Notes: generated from the sequence alone by a model not told the origin. A DNA stretch of 41,316 nt from a virus (IMGVR_UViG_3300045988_047412:1-41316), one strand, 5' to 3'. Positions 14,056 to 22,664 are shown, counted from the stretch's first letter. Numbers and translations: made by a program.

Positions 14056-14102
14056 TGTGTGCGCCTCCTTTACACTTCTATGATACAAAAAATCCGGACA
14101 GC

Positions 14103-14145
14103 CAAACTGCCCGGAAACTGCCTGTATTCTGCCCTCAAACTGCCC
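14103..14145. repeat. Three helically phased direct repeats CAAACTGCCC / GAAACTGCCT / CAAACTGCCC
   Basis: Copies at 14103, 14114 and 14136 (11- and 22-bp spacing), between the terminator at 14150 and the cargo operon start. Confidence 0.8.
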
Positions 14146-14149
14146 AAAG

Positions 14150-14180
14150 AAAAGCCGTGTCCGAATCGGACACGGCTTTT
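14150..14180. terminator. Perfect palindromic bidirectional terminator
   Basis: AAAAGCCGTGTCCGA-a-TCGGACACGGCTTTT, immediately after the stop of gene 14183..14419. Confidence 0.8.
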
Positions 14181-14182
14181 CT

Positions 14183-14419
14183 CTATCCCTGCATATCATC
14201 CGCAATTTTTGCGTAGGCCCTTCGTCTGATCTTGGCCAACCCATCTACGCTGACGTGGAGCAGCGCCGCCGCTTGCAGGCAGCTCTGGCCGTGGACGTCC
14301 ACCGCCAGCACCGCCGCTTCCTCGTCAGGCGGCAAGCCTACCAGCCGGACGGCCTGCGCCGCCCGGGCCGGGGCCATGGATGACAACAGCGCCCGGATCT
14401 CTCGGTTTGTTTTTTCCAT
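14183..14419 (-). CDS. Small sigma-70 region-4-like HTH protein
   Basis: 78 aa; LPPDEEAAVLAVDVHGQSCLQAAALLHVSVDGLAKIRRRAYAKI resembles sigma region 4 / LuxR-type HTH. Confidence 0.6.
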   Translation of the reverse strand: MEKTNREIRALLSSMAPARAAQAVRLVGLPPDEEAAVLAVDVHGQSCLQAAALLHVSVDGLAKIRRRAYAKIADDMQG

Positions 14420-14487
14420 AGGTTCCCCAGACTTGCAGAGCGCTAAAAAGCGTGGATGTTGCCATCTTCTGGCCCTCCTTTCAGATT

Positions 14488-14889
14488 TTAGCCTGTCCAG
14501 TCGGCTTTTGCTTCCCTCACATCAATGTGCGTGAAGCCTTTCTTGGCGTAGATGCCGACGCCGCCCCAGTCTGGCATGATCGACCGGGCGAAGGCCGCCA
14601 CCGTCTCCGGCTTCTGGCCGCTGACGGAGATATCCGCCGCCATGCCATAGCAGTGCTGGCTATGGGCCACGCCGCCAACCTTGGCATTGTACTGCGGCGT
14701 GCGATAGGCGCTTTGGATCACCACCGGAGCGCCGAAGTGGGCGCGGATGGTCTCCAGCACCATCACCAGCCGGGGAGCCACCAAAACAGCGTCACTGCCG
14801 TCTCCACACGCAAACTCCCGCTCCTTGAAATGGGCGGATAGCTGCTTGCCCCCGGAGGCGGCTTTGCTGTAAGCGTGGATCTCAACCAT
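14488..14889 (-). CDS. Peptidase M15A-family cell-wall hydrolase (endolysin candidate)
   Basis: FKEREFACGDG...IQSAYRTPQYNAKVGGVAHSQHCYGMAADI: Zn-ligand pattern of M15 D,D/L,D-peptidases. Confidence 0.75.
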   Translation of the reverse strand: MVEIHAYSKAASGGKQLSAHFKEREFACGDGSDAVLVAPRLVMVLETIRAHFGAPVVIQSAYRTPQYNAKVGGVAHSQHCYGMAADISVSGQKPETVAAFARSIMPDWGGVGIYAKKGFTHIDVREAKADWTG

Positions 14890-15562
14890 GGTTATCCCCC
14901 CAGATCTGATACAGCGCCCGGACCATGTCGGCTCGGGTCACCGTCTCACCGGCGTTGGCGTCCGTCAGCAGGCGGTGAGACTTGCCCCATACGAGGGCTT
15001 GATCTTCCGGTTTTGCCGACCGCTCCCAGAACAACAGCAGCGTGGGCACCTTCCGGCTGCTAACCACCTTCCCGCCGGGGAAAATGCCCTGCGTGGAGCC
15101 GCCGCCGTCCAGCATGAGGGCGTCCATCACGCCCAGCCCCAGCAGCTTGTTCTGGAGCTGTTCACGGGTCAGGCTTGTCTTGTCGCACCACAGACAGACT
15201 TTGCCGTTAGCCAGCCAGCCCACCGCCGTCCGGGCGGCAGGCCGGGCCACGTCCGGCGTCAGCTCCCGGTACAACTTGGAGCCGCCCTTGAGGATCGAGA
15301 CGCCGGAGAGGAAGGATCCTCCCCGGTCCGTCAGCATCTTTGGCAATCCGTCAGTGCCGATGGACACGCCCCAGTCTTGGTATTTGTCCCGGCTGATGAC
15401 CTTGCCGTCAATCACCGTCCAGCCCACCGGCTGGAACTTGCCGTTAAACAGGTATCCGTTGATGATGTGGGTGCAGCCGGTCTTTGCCTTGATTTGCGCC
15501 GGGGTCAGCTTGCCGGTGTTGTGGTAGATCTGCGCTCTTGCGCAATCAAACGTATCAACCAT
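14882..15562 (-). CDS. Phosphodiester glycosidase (NAGPA/DUF2233)-family protein
   Basis: IINGYLFN...RTAVGWLANGKVCLWCD...LGVMDALMLDGGGSTQ, typical of the family. Start at the internal Met (15562). Confidence 0.6.
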   Translation of the reverse strand: MVDTFDCARAQIYHNTGKLTPAQIKAKTGCTHIINGYLFNGKFQPVGWTVIDGKVISRDKYQDWGVSIGTDGLPKMLTDRGGSFLSGVSILKGGSKLYRELTPDVARPAARTAVGWLANGKVCLWCDKTSLTREQLQNKLLGLGVMDALMLDGGGSTQGIFPGGKVVSSRKVPTLLLFWERSAKPEDQALVWGKSHRLLTDANAGETVTRADMVRALYQIWGDNHG

Positions 15563-15881
15563 GGCGCACGCGGGAAGCCTTGATGAAGTAGCCGTCCTCG
15601 TCATAAGTCACCTCATAGGTGGCTCCGACGATCCGCTGGATCTGGACGGTGCCCGCCAGATCCTCCCGGCGACGGGTATCCAGCGTCTGAGGAAGCGCCT
15701 CCGGCTCCTTCTCAGCGGGGACGAAGCCCTCCGCCATCTCGGCATCCGTCCAGCCCGCTACCTTACCGTCCGGATTCAGGTGGAAGTTTGCCCCCGCCGC
15801 TTTCAGTTCGGCGTTGATAGCTTCCACGGGCGCGCCCTGCTTCTTGCCCTCGTTGATGATATTCTCGTAGATCTTTTCCAT
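15555..15881 (-). CDS. Hypothetical protein
   Basis: 108 aa from MEKIYENIINEGKKQG; lies within the lysis region. Confidence 0.55.
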   Translation of the reverse strand: MEKIYENIINEGKKQGAPVEAINAELKAAGANFHLNPDGKVAGWTDAEMAEGFVPAEKEPEALPQTLDTRRREDLAGTVQIQRIVGATYEVTYDEDGYFIKASRVRHG

Positions 15882-15924
15882 GGTATGTACCCCTTTCAAA
15901 TTTTCGGTTGATTTTCAACCGGTT

Positions 15925-16116
15925 TCAACTGTTTTTGTCCTCGTTGACTCTCTGGGTGCCAAAGTAGAAGCCGATGACCACCGTGAAGATGGTCAGGAAC
16001 TCGCTGCCGCTGATGGTCTCCCGCAGCGCCAGCACCGAAAATACCCCCGTCAGGGTGATGGTCACCAGCGACTTCACCGCCAGCAGATTGCCCAGCCGTT
16101 TCTTGATGTTCTCCAT
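15925..16116 (-). CDS. Holin candidate (two predicted TM helices)
   Basis: 63 aa; LLAVKSLVTITLTGVFSVLAL and FLTIFTVVIGFYFG; RBS AAAGGAGAAAAAC. Confidence 0.6.
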   Translation of the reverse strand: MENIKKRLGNLLAVKSLVTITLTGVFSVLALRETISGSEFLTIFTVVIGFYFGTQRVNEDKNS

Positions 16117-16128
16117 GTTTTTCTCCTT

Positions 16129-16434
16129 TCACTCTTTTCGGATCGGCAGCTCGCCGACCTCGGACATAATGATTTTCAGGTGTCCGTTGCCGCCAAGGGA
16201 TTTGTACGCCTGGTGCATCTCGTCAAGCGTTTCCCTGTCCGACAGGCTTACGCTGCCGTCAGAGATGTACTTCTGGCCCAGATAGAGCACCCGGTCGATC
16301 AGCAGCACTTTCAGCGCGTCCACGATGGCGTCCCGCTTGTCATCTTTGGCCCACTTCCGCTGGAGCAGGGCCAAAACAATGGCCGTGACCCCGGAGCCGG
16401 TGGCGGCAGTTAATACAATTTGTAAAATTTCCAT
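16129..16434 (-). CDS. N-terminally membrane-anchored phage protein (holin-associated?)
   Basis: 101 aa from MEILQIVLTAATGSGVTAIVLALLQRKW; RBS AAGGGGGTG. Confidence 0.55.
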   Translation of the reverse strand: MEILQIVLTAATGSGVTAIVLALLQRKWAKDDKRDAIVDALKVLLIDRVLYLGQKYISDGSVSLSDRETLDEMHQAYKSLGGNGHLKIIMSEVGELPIRKE

Positions 16435-16495
16435 TTCACACCCCCTTAAAAAGTTGCAGTTTTTAGGGTAGTTCCGACTTGCTTTCGTGCAGTTA

Positions 16496-16579
16496 AAATT
16501 CCGGCCATTGTCTCTCGCACAAAGGGCAAACCCACCGCCCCTCCGGCACAATGGCTCCGCATATCACGCAATAGTCCAT
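16496..16579 (-). CDS. 27-aa zinc-ribbon mini-protein (tentative)
   Basis: MDYCVICGAIVPEGRWVCPLCERQWPEF; starts 2 nt after the fibre stop. No clear SD. Confidence 0.3.
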
Positions 16580-16581
16580 GG

Positions 16582-18036
16582 TCAGTCGGTGGTCTTGGTG
16601 TATTTAAGCGTCGCATCAACACCATTTGTGTATTCTTTGATTCGAGCTAAGGCGTTAGAGCCAAGCTCAAATTTTATAACAGACGAATTTAACATATACT
16701 GAGCCGACCATGCAGTTGAATCAAAGTACGACCACGGGAGTATCCTGATCCAATCAGCTCTGCAATACACGCGTGCATCTACTAGGCGGTCCAGATGATC
16801 GATTCCATGGCTATACGATGGAAGCTGATTTTCAAAAGCGGATACTGGAATATTAAAGGTCTTTGTGTACACCGGCTTTCCGAGATACCGCTCCGTGGTG
16901 CGGTACTCAGTGCCAAGCGTCATGGGCGGGTTGATCCATTCGACGGGCTGCCAATTCCCGTTATCCTTCAGCATTCGCCACAATCCGTTGGTAGTGCCTC
17001 TCGGGTCGGGCGAAAGGCCGATCAGTGATGCGCTCGTCCCCAATATTTTTGATAGAACGGCAACGATATTCCCGGCCCCAGAATATTGGCCCGTTGAAAC
17101 TGGGCCACGTGTATAAATAAGTTGCGATGTTCCGTCGGGCATATCGGCAAGCAACATATCAAGCTTGCCACAGTATGTTTCATAGGTGTCTTCGGCATCA
17201 GATGCGAGCACATCTTTCATCGCTTCACCCCACCCAAACCCGCCGGGGGCGGAGTTGATATTTTTCCGCGCCTGCGCCTTCTGCGCATCGCTGAGCGTCT
17301 GCGGCGTGTAGAGCACCGCACCCTGTACGGTGTCCGCGCCGATGTTCGTCCGCGCCTGCGCCTTCTGCTCGTCTGTGAGGTTCTGGGGCGCATCGTAGCG
17401 GACGAAGTTGCTGGAACCGCCCACGGGGCCTTCCGGGCCTTGCTTGCCCTCCGGCCCCTGCTTTCCCTCAGGGCCTTGGATGCCCTGCTTGCCCTGCGGG
17501 CCTTGCAGGTTGCCGTTGGCCACCCACTTGCCGTGGACAGAATCCCAGATGTAGATGTTGTACGGAGGCGCGGTGCCCACGCCGTACACGTCACCGGCCT
17601 TGGGATTAGGGACGGCTGCCTTGAGGTCGGCCAGCGTGTCAAAGTAGCCCAGAATGGCGAAGCTGGCCCCGGCCTCGCCGGGATCGCCCTGGTCGCCCTT
17701 TTTGCCGGGAGGGCCAATGGGGCCTTTAATGGACGTCAGCGTCGTCAGCTTGAAGGCGTACACCCAGTTGGCCGTGCCCTTGAGGTACACCTTGCCGTAG
17801 TCCGCGGAGGCCGTGATGTCCGGCAGGATCAGGACGAACTGGCCGCGCTGGACGTCCGTACCGGTGAAGTCCTGGTTCATTTCGGTCACGCTCTTGTACT
17901 CCTTTGTAATGCCGATAGGCACACCGGCGGACGCCAGCCGCGCGTCGATTTCCTCGCCGGAGTAGGCGGATGTGTAGTAGTCTTGCAGTTTGGCAAAAAT
18001 TTCCTCCAAAGCTGCGACTCTCTGTTCAATCGTCAT
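16582..18036 (-). CDS. Tail fibre / receptor-binding protein with collagen-like repeats
   Basis: 484 aa; G-X-Y runs at 17668..17727 and 17416..17505; two copies of PQ.L(T/S)D.QKAQAR.NI (17254..17388). The C-terminal about 170 aa lie in visibly lower-GC DNA. Confidence 0.8.
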   Translation of the reverse strand: MTIEQRVAALEEIFAKLQDYYTSAYSGEEIDARLASAGVPIGITKEYKSVTEMNQDFTGTDVQRGQFVLILPDITASADYGKVYLKGTANWVYAFKLTTLTSIKGPIGPPGKKGDQGDPGEAGASFAILGYFDTLADLKAAVPNPKAGDVYGVGTAPPYNIYIWDSVHGKWVANGNLQGPQGKQGIQGPEGKQGPEGKQGPEGPVGGSSNFVRYDAPQNLTDEQKAQARTNIGADTVQGAVLYTPQTLSDAQKAQARKNINSAPGGFGWGEAMKDVLASDAEDTYETYCGKLDMLLADMPDGTSQLIYTRGPVSTGQYSGAGNIVAVLSKILGTSASLIGLSPDPRGTTNGLWRMLKDNGNWQPVEWINPPMTLGTEYRTTERYLGKPVYTKTFNIPVSAFENQLPSYSHGIDHLDRLVDARVYCRADWIRILPWSYFDSTAWSAQYMLNSSVIKFELGSNALARIKEYTNGVDATLKYTKTTD

Positions 18037-18046
18037 GTTTCACACC

Positions 18047-20266
18047 TCACACGATGAAAAGTTTGTTCAGGCGGTCGAAAAATAAGCCGCCGCCACGCTG
18101 GACCAACGGCCCTGCTTTTGCTTGCCCAAATTTGCGGTAGTACAAGATAACACAGCCGTCCGCGCTTGGGCCGCCCGGCCCGCCTAAACCGCCGGATCCG
18201 GGTGTGCCGGGGGTAATGGTGCCGTTTCCGTTCTTCACGGCAATGCCGCCGGAGCCGGCGCCGCCGCCTCCGTAGCCGCCACGTCCGCCCCTGCCGTACC
18301 GCCTCGGCTTGGAGGGGGTGAGCGTGGCCGTCATGCCGTCCGCACCGGAGCCGCCGGTCACATTAACGGTTGTATCGCTCGGCAGGCCGCGTCCGGAGGA
18401 TCCGGCTTTGCCGTTGGCTCCCGCCGCCGGTCCGCCGCCCAGACCGGAGCTGTACCAGCCGAAACTGCGCGGGGTGCTTGTTGATGCGATTCTGGTCATG
18501 CTGACTTTCCCATCGCTGCCAGCCACAGGGCCGGGGGTGAATGCGTTCCCGTCCTCGTCATAAGCAATCGTGCCATTGACGTATTGCTGGACGCTATCAT
18601 CTGTGTACTCACTCACAGCCGGATCGCGGCCAGCGCCGTTTCCGCCAGGGAGGCCGTCCTCGCCGACGCCGCCGAACTGCTCGCCGGTGATGGGATCCGT
18701 GAAGCCAAAATCGGGAGCAGACGCGCCCGCCGTAGTCATGCCGTAAAACACCGTATCCGTGCCGTTTGTCCCGGGAAGATCGTCCGTGCTGAATTCAGCG
18801 CCCTTTCCGCTTTTCCCGCAATCATAGGCAAGGCTTTTCAGCTGGGACACGTCGAGATCGCCCTCTACGATTCTGCCGCCCTTGCCGCCCTTGCCGCCGG
18901 GACCGCCCTTGCCACCCAGCGCCAACGCGTAGCCGTCTACCCGATCCTCAAAAACCGGGTCCGTCCACGAGAACTTAGGCCCCGATTGGGTATCTTCGCC
19001 CTTTTCGCCGCAGCGCCCGCCCTGCCCGGCGGAGATCATCACATAGTGGATCGTTGTGGTGCCTTCCGGGATATCGAACTCGCCGGATCCGGTGAGGACT
19101 ACCCGCTCGTCCAGATACTCCGCAGATTCCGGCTGCGCCGGGGTGAAGCCCACCAATGCTTCCATGCTGCTTTTAAGCGTCGCGCTCATGGTGGTGTCCA
19201 AAGACTGGATACACGCAGAAACCATTTTCTTGTCATACGGATGATATACGCTTACAACGTGGCCCGGTTTCTCGTGCCCGCTTACAATGTCATTGGTGAT
19301 AGTTTCGCGGCATCGGTAATAGTCCGCAAGACGCTTCGCCACGGCGTAGGAATTCACCAGAGATACCAGCGTGGCGTCTGTAACTGATTTGATGTTTTCC
19401 ACAGCACCAGCCGTCACAGGCTGCGTGATTAAGCGGGTGTTGTGAATATACGCCTTGCCAGTCAGTGCGCCAGCGCCAGCGGAGATCTTGGCGTAGTTCG
19501 CGCCGCTTTCCAAGATTGTGAAGCCAGTCGCAGAGAGGGAGTGCATCGGCTCGGAGAATGTGATGATATCGCCATTCTGCGCCGTGCCGGAGAATAGCTC
19601 CTTTACTTCCGTTCCCGCAACGTATTGATGCTCCGTCACCGTCACAGCAGAGATGGGGTCGCTATACCCAACCTTTCCACCGCTCAAATACATTCTGTTG
19701 CCTTGAATCACAGACGCCGTTCCGTCCCACAGGGAATCAATGTGCAAAACGCCGTTTAGGTCGGTTGTCAAATATGCGCCAATTGCAAAAAGCACTTGCG
19801 CCAGGTTGTCCCTTGCGCTTTTGCCTTGCCCGTTTGTTTTCGGCTGGCAATACGGGAGCCAGCCGTATAGTTTAACGTTTGCAAAAACGCTCTTGACCAC
19901 AACCGGAACCGCACCGCAAATATCGGAAATTACCTCAGAAACGGTTTGTCCTGTATAAATGCCGCCTTTATGCGGGATCGTTGCCAATAAACCGACCGCA
20001 GACCACGCTACAATTTTATATGCGGTTGCGCCTGTTCGCTCAATCGACCGTAAATAGTAAGTCTGCATTGATGCGTTAGAATCGTTTTCCCAGAAACGAA
20101 TAGCGTCATTCTTCTGAAATGACATAATCGAAGGATCGTCGCATCGCACAACAACTGTCAGTGTATCGGCAGAAATACTTTCACAGCTTAATGACTGCTC
20201 TCGTGTGGGCGCAGCTTTTTCTGTTCGGGAAGAATCAAACATCCAATTTTTGTAGGTGATCTTCAT
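18047..20266 (-). CDS. Tail tip / Tal-like protein with a Gly-rich C-terminal region
   Basis: 739 aa from MKITYKNWMFD. Position is right for Tal after the Dit-like gene. C-terminal third is full of GGKGGPGGKGGKGG, GRGGRGGYGGGGAGSGG. Confidence 0.7.
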   Translation of the reverse strand: MKITYKNWMFDSSRTEKAAPTREQSLSCESISADTLTVVVRCDDPSIMSFQKNDAIRFWENDSNASMQTYYLRSIERTGATAYKIVAWSAVGLLATIPHKGGIYTGQTVSEVISDICGAVPVVVKSVFANVKLYGWLPYCQPKTNGQGKSARDNLAQVLFAIGAYLTTDLNGVLHIDSLWDGTASVIQGNRMYLSGGKVGYSDPISAVTVTEHQYVAGTEVKELFSGTAQNGDIITFSEPMHSLSATGFTILESGANYAKISAGAGALTGKAYIHNTRLITQPVTAGAVENIKSVTDATLVSLVNSYAVAKRLADYYRCRETITNDIVSGHEKPGHVVSVYHPYDKKMVSACIQSLDTTMSATLKSSMEALVGFTPAQPESAEYLDERVVLTGSGEFDIPEGTTTIHYVMISAGQGGRCGEKGEDTQSGPKFSWTDPVFEDRVDGYALALGGKGGPGGKGGKGGRIVEGDLDVSQLKSLAYDCGKSGKGAEFSTDDLPGTNGTDTVFYGMTTAGASAPDFGFTDPITGEQFGGVGEDGLPGGNGAGRDPAVSEYTDDSVQQYVNGTIAYDEDGNAFTPGPVAGSDGKVSMTRIASTSTPRSFGWYSSGLGGGPAAGANGKAGSSGRGLPSDTTVNVTGGSGADGMTATLTPSKPRRYGRGGRGGYGGGGAGSGGIAVKNGNGTITPGTPGSGGLGGPGGPSADGCVILYYRKFGQAKAGPLVQRGGGLFFDRLNKLFIV

Positions 20267-20267
20267 A

Positions 20268-20639
20268 TCATTTCTCCGTAAACGCAAGCACCATGCCCGT
20301 CCAATATTCTGCAGCGTTCGTTCCGGTTCCTCTGTCAACGCCCTCTGGAGGATCGCACGTCATGTTTGCCGTGCGATATCCTCCGCTTTGAGTGTCGAAA
20401 AAATATACGCTCAGATTTCCACTGTACAGTTGCTCGAGTAACGTGTTCAGCTGTGTTTCCGTTAGAGGCATACACGTACAGGTAATAACTGCCTTGATTG
20501 CAAGCACGTCCTCCGTGAAGCTGCCGTCCAGCATGTATCCCTCGTTTGGCCCCTTAATTTTCTTGTGTCCCACCTTGTAGCCGACCGGCGTAAAGTAGGA
20601 TGTAAAATCAATACCGTTGATCTTGATCGTTTTACTCAT
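20268..20639 (-). CDS. Distal-tail-protein-position small tail component
   Basis: 123 aa, immediately after the tape measure (4-nt overlap). Confidence 0.55.
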   Translation of the reverse strand: MSKTIKINGIDFTSYFTPVGYKVGHKKIKGPNEGYMLDGSFTEDVLAIKAVITCTCMPLTETQLNTLLEQLYSGNLSVYFFDTQSGGYRTANMTCDPPEGVDRGTGTNAAEYWTGMVLAFTEK

Positions 20640-22429
20640 GCGCCGCTCCTTAATGTCTCCGCTGCGTTGTACGGCACCATTTTTCGCGCCAATACTGCGC
20701 CGTCAAGTTCGGTTGTCAAATTGATTACAATACTTCCCACACCGCCGGTCGCCAATGCACCAACACCGGATGCAATAGAGTTGCCGATCGCCGCGACGCC
20801 GGAGGCTCCAAAATCGACTGATGCCGTTCCAAAGTCCATGCCAGATGCAATGCTACGCTTGATATTGCCGTATTCGTTATCCCAGCCCTCACCCAAGCCA
20901 AGCGCCATGTTCTCACCGATCCCGGCGAAGACGCGGGACGGGGAGTGAATCCCAAGAACGCCCTTTACTCCATCCACAATACCGTCGAAGAAACCCTTTA
21001 CCATGCCTGTTAGCCAATCGCCCATTCTCTTGATACCTTCCCAAATTCCTTTGACAAGGGCTATTCCGATTTCGATGGCGGCTTCGCCGATATAGCCTAT
21101 GGACTGGATAAACGCGGATGCAAGGTTTTTGATAATCTCGGGGGCTGCATCCAAAAGCTTTGGCAGATTATCACTTAGGCCCTCTGCAAGCGCAACAATA
21201 AACATCGCGCTTGCTTCAATAAGGGCAGCAAGCGTATCTGGCTGAGTCAATATTTCTGCAATCTGTACCACGCAATCAACCAACTGCGGTGCGATTTCCG
21301 GCATGGCCGAAGCAATACCTTGCACCAAAGCAATCAGCATTTGCACGCCTGCGTCTAACAATTGCGGTATAACAGACAAAATTGCTCCCGTAATTTCAGG
21401 GGCCATATCCGCAAGTGCCGTAACAATTCCGGGAGCTGCGTCTACAACTCCCTGCACTAAAGCAGTGGCAGCACTCACAAGCGACGGCAAAACAGAGCTA
21501 ACAAGCGACGGTAATTGCTCGGAAATAACCGGAGCAAGCCGTGTAATTAAATCTCCAAACCCGGTAAAAATCTTTTCAATACGCGGGATAATGTTTTCTG
21601 CTGCCTTACTGACAGAATAGGTGAAGTTTTCAATCAGCTGGTCAAGGTCTGCGTTATCGTCTGCAATACCGGTTACAAGGTTTGACCAGGCGGATTTCAT
21701 CATGTTAACGCTGCCTTCGATAGTGCTTGCCGCTTCCTCCGCCGTTGTCCCGGTAATTCCCATCTGGTCTTGGATCACATGGATTGCTTCGATCATTTTG
21801 TCAAACGAAACACTATTGACTGTGTCCGCTGTGACTTCAACGGTGTCTCCCAACACCCCAGAATCGTTAATGAGCCGCGCCATTTCTGTCGCCGTGCCAC
21901 CATAACCGAGTTTGAGGTTATCAAGCATGGTATAGTTTTGCTTTGCGAAGCCTTGATAGGCGTTCTGGATCATCTCCATGCTTGTGCCCATCTTGTTCGC
22001 GTTATCCGCCATATCAATGACGGCCTGGTTCGCAACCTCCGCCGCCTTTTCTGTATCGCCGCCGAGGCCCTGCAACAGCGAGGCAGAAAATGACGTAACC
22101 GTGTCCATATACTCATTAGCGGAAAGCCCTGCGGTTTCATACGCGCGGTTTGCGTATTCTATGAATTGATCGGCAGAGCTTTTGAACAGTGTCTCTACGC
22201 CTCCGACAAGCTGCTCGTATTCTGCGTATCCGTCAATGGATTTTTTTGTCAATATGGAGATGCCGGTTGCAGCTGCCGTTAAAGCAGCTGCACCAGTCTT
22301 CGCCGCCGTTGCAAGCCCGCCTTTCAGTTTGCTTGCCAACGCATCCGCTTTTTGTCCTGTCTCGGAAAACCCACTGTCCACGCCGCTGTCGTCCACAGTG
22401 ACCTTGATAAACAGGTCCATTAAATTCAT
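20636..22429 (-). CDS. Tape measure protein
   Basis: 597 aa from MNLMDLFIKVTVDD; long Ala/Gly/Ile-rich helical repeats; NAYQGFAKQNYTMLDNLKLGYGGT motif; position between the chaperones and Dit. Confidence 0.9.
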   Translation of the reverse strand: MNLMDLFIKVTVDDSGVDSGFSETGQKADALASKLKGGLATAAKTGAAALTAAATGISILTKKSIDGYAEYEQLVGGVETLFKSSADQFIEYANRAYETAGLSANEYMDTVTSFSASLLQGLGGDTEKAAEVANQAVIDMADNANKMGTSMEMIQNAYQGFAKQNYTMLDNLKLGYGGTATEMARLINDSGVLGDTVEVTADTVNSVSFDKMIEAIHVIQDQMGITGTTAEEAASTIEGSVNMMKSAWSNLVTGIADDNADLDQLIENFTYSVSKAAENIIPRIEKIFTGFGDLITRLAPVISEQLPSLVSSVLPSLVSAATALVQGVVDAAPGIVTALADMAPEITGAILSVIPQLLDAGVQMLIALVQGIASAMPEIAPQLVDCVVQIAEILTQPDTLAALIEASAMFIVALAEGLSDNLPKLLDAAPEIIKNLASAFIQSIGYIGEAAIEIGIALVKGIWEGIKRMGDWLTGMVKGFFDGIVDGVKGVLGIHSPSRVFAGIGENMALGLGEGWDNEYGNIKRSIASGMDFGTASVDFGASGVAAIGNSIASGVGALATGGVGSIVINLTTELDGAVLARKMVPYNAAETLRSGA

Positions 22430-22644
22430 GCTTTCACCACCAATCCGCACCGCGCGACCACATCGGCGGTGATCTCTTCACATGTCCTGTTGTCCTGCTT
22501 CTTCGGCTCAATAATGTCCGCGTATCGCGCCTTGATGTAGTTCCCGCCCGCGTATCGTGCCGTGTTTTCGGCCACAATTCGCAGCGCGTCGGTCACATAG
22601 ATGCGGTATGCCTCGGTTTTTGCTCTCTCTTTGGCCCGCGCCAC
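22426..22644 (-). CDS. Tail assembly chaperone, downstream (T-like) ORF
   Basis: 72-aa ORF in the -1 frame relative to 22665..23060. The -1 frame is open across the last 27 codons of the upstream gene. Confidence 0.5.
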   Translation of the reverse strand: MARAKERAKTEAYRIYVTDALRIVAENTARYAGGNYIKARYADIIEPKKQDNRTCEEITADVVARCGLVVKA

Positions 22645-22664
22645 ACAGTACCACAGGAAAGGCT

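Noticed and set aside
14325-14465. 46-codon ORF with a strong RBS (AAAGGAGGG) and a textbook A_AAA_AAC slippery heptamer in register, just upstream of the sigma-like gene. Looked like programmed frameshifting into the HTH frame.
   Set aside because: The HTH frame is +1 relative to this ORF, not -1, and the -1 frame gives nonsense and stops quickly. The ORF product is Gly/Pro/Ala low-complexity. It could still reflect a sequencing indel in the A6 run.
16582-17505. Repeats in the fibre gene considered as a template/variable-repeat pair of a diversity-generating retroelement
   Set aside because: No reverse transcriptase gene exists anywhere in the window, and there is no pair of about 100-bp repeats differing at adenines.
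17217-17717. 166-aa minus-strand ORF, Arg/Ser/Thr/Pro-rich, in an alternative frame of the fibre gene
   Set aside because: It is an alternative reading of the collagen-like repeats. The fibre frame has the clear G-X-Y and QKAQAR logic.
17122-18057. 311-aa plus-strand ORF antisense to the tail fibre gene. Similar long antisense ORFs occur at 24765..25739, 31948..33180, 14888..15583, 12074..12913 and 20565..20948.
   Set aside because: These are mirror ORFs of the kind produced by GC-rich coding DNA. The products are low-complexity (Arg/Ala/Gly/His-rich), lack an RBS, and the opposite strand encodes recognisable structural proteins.
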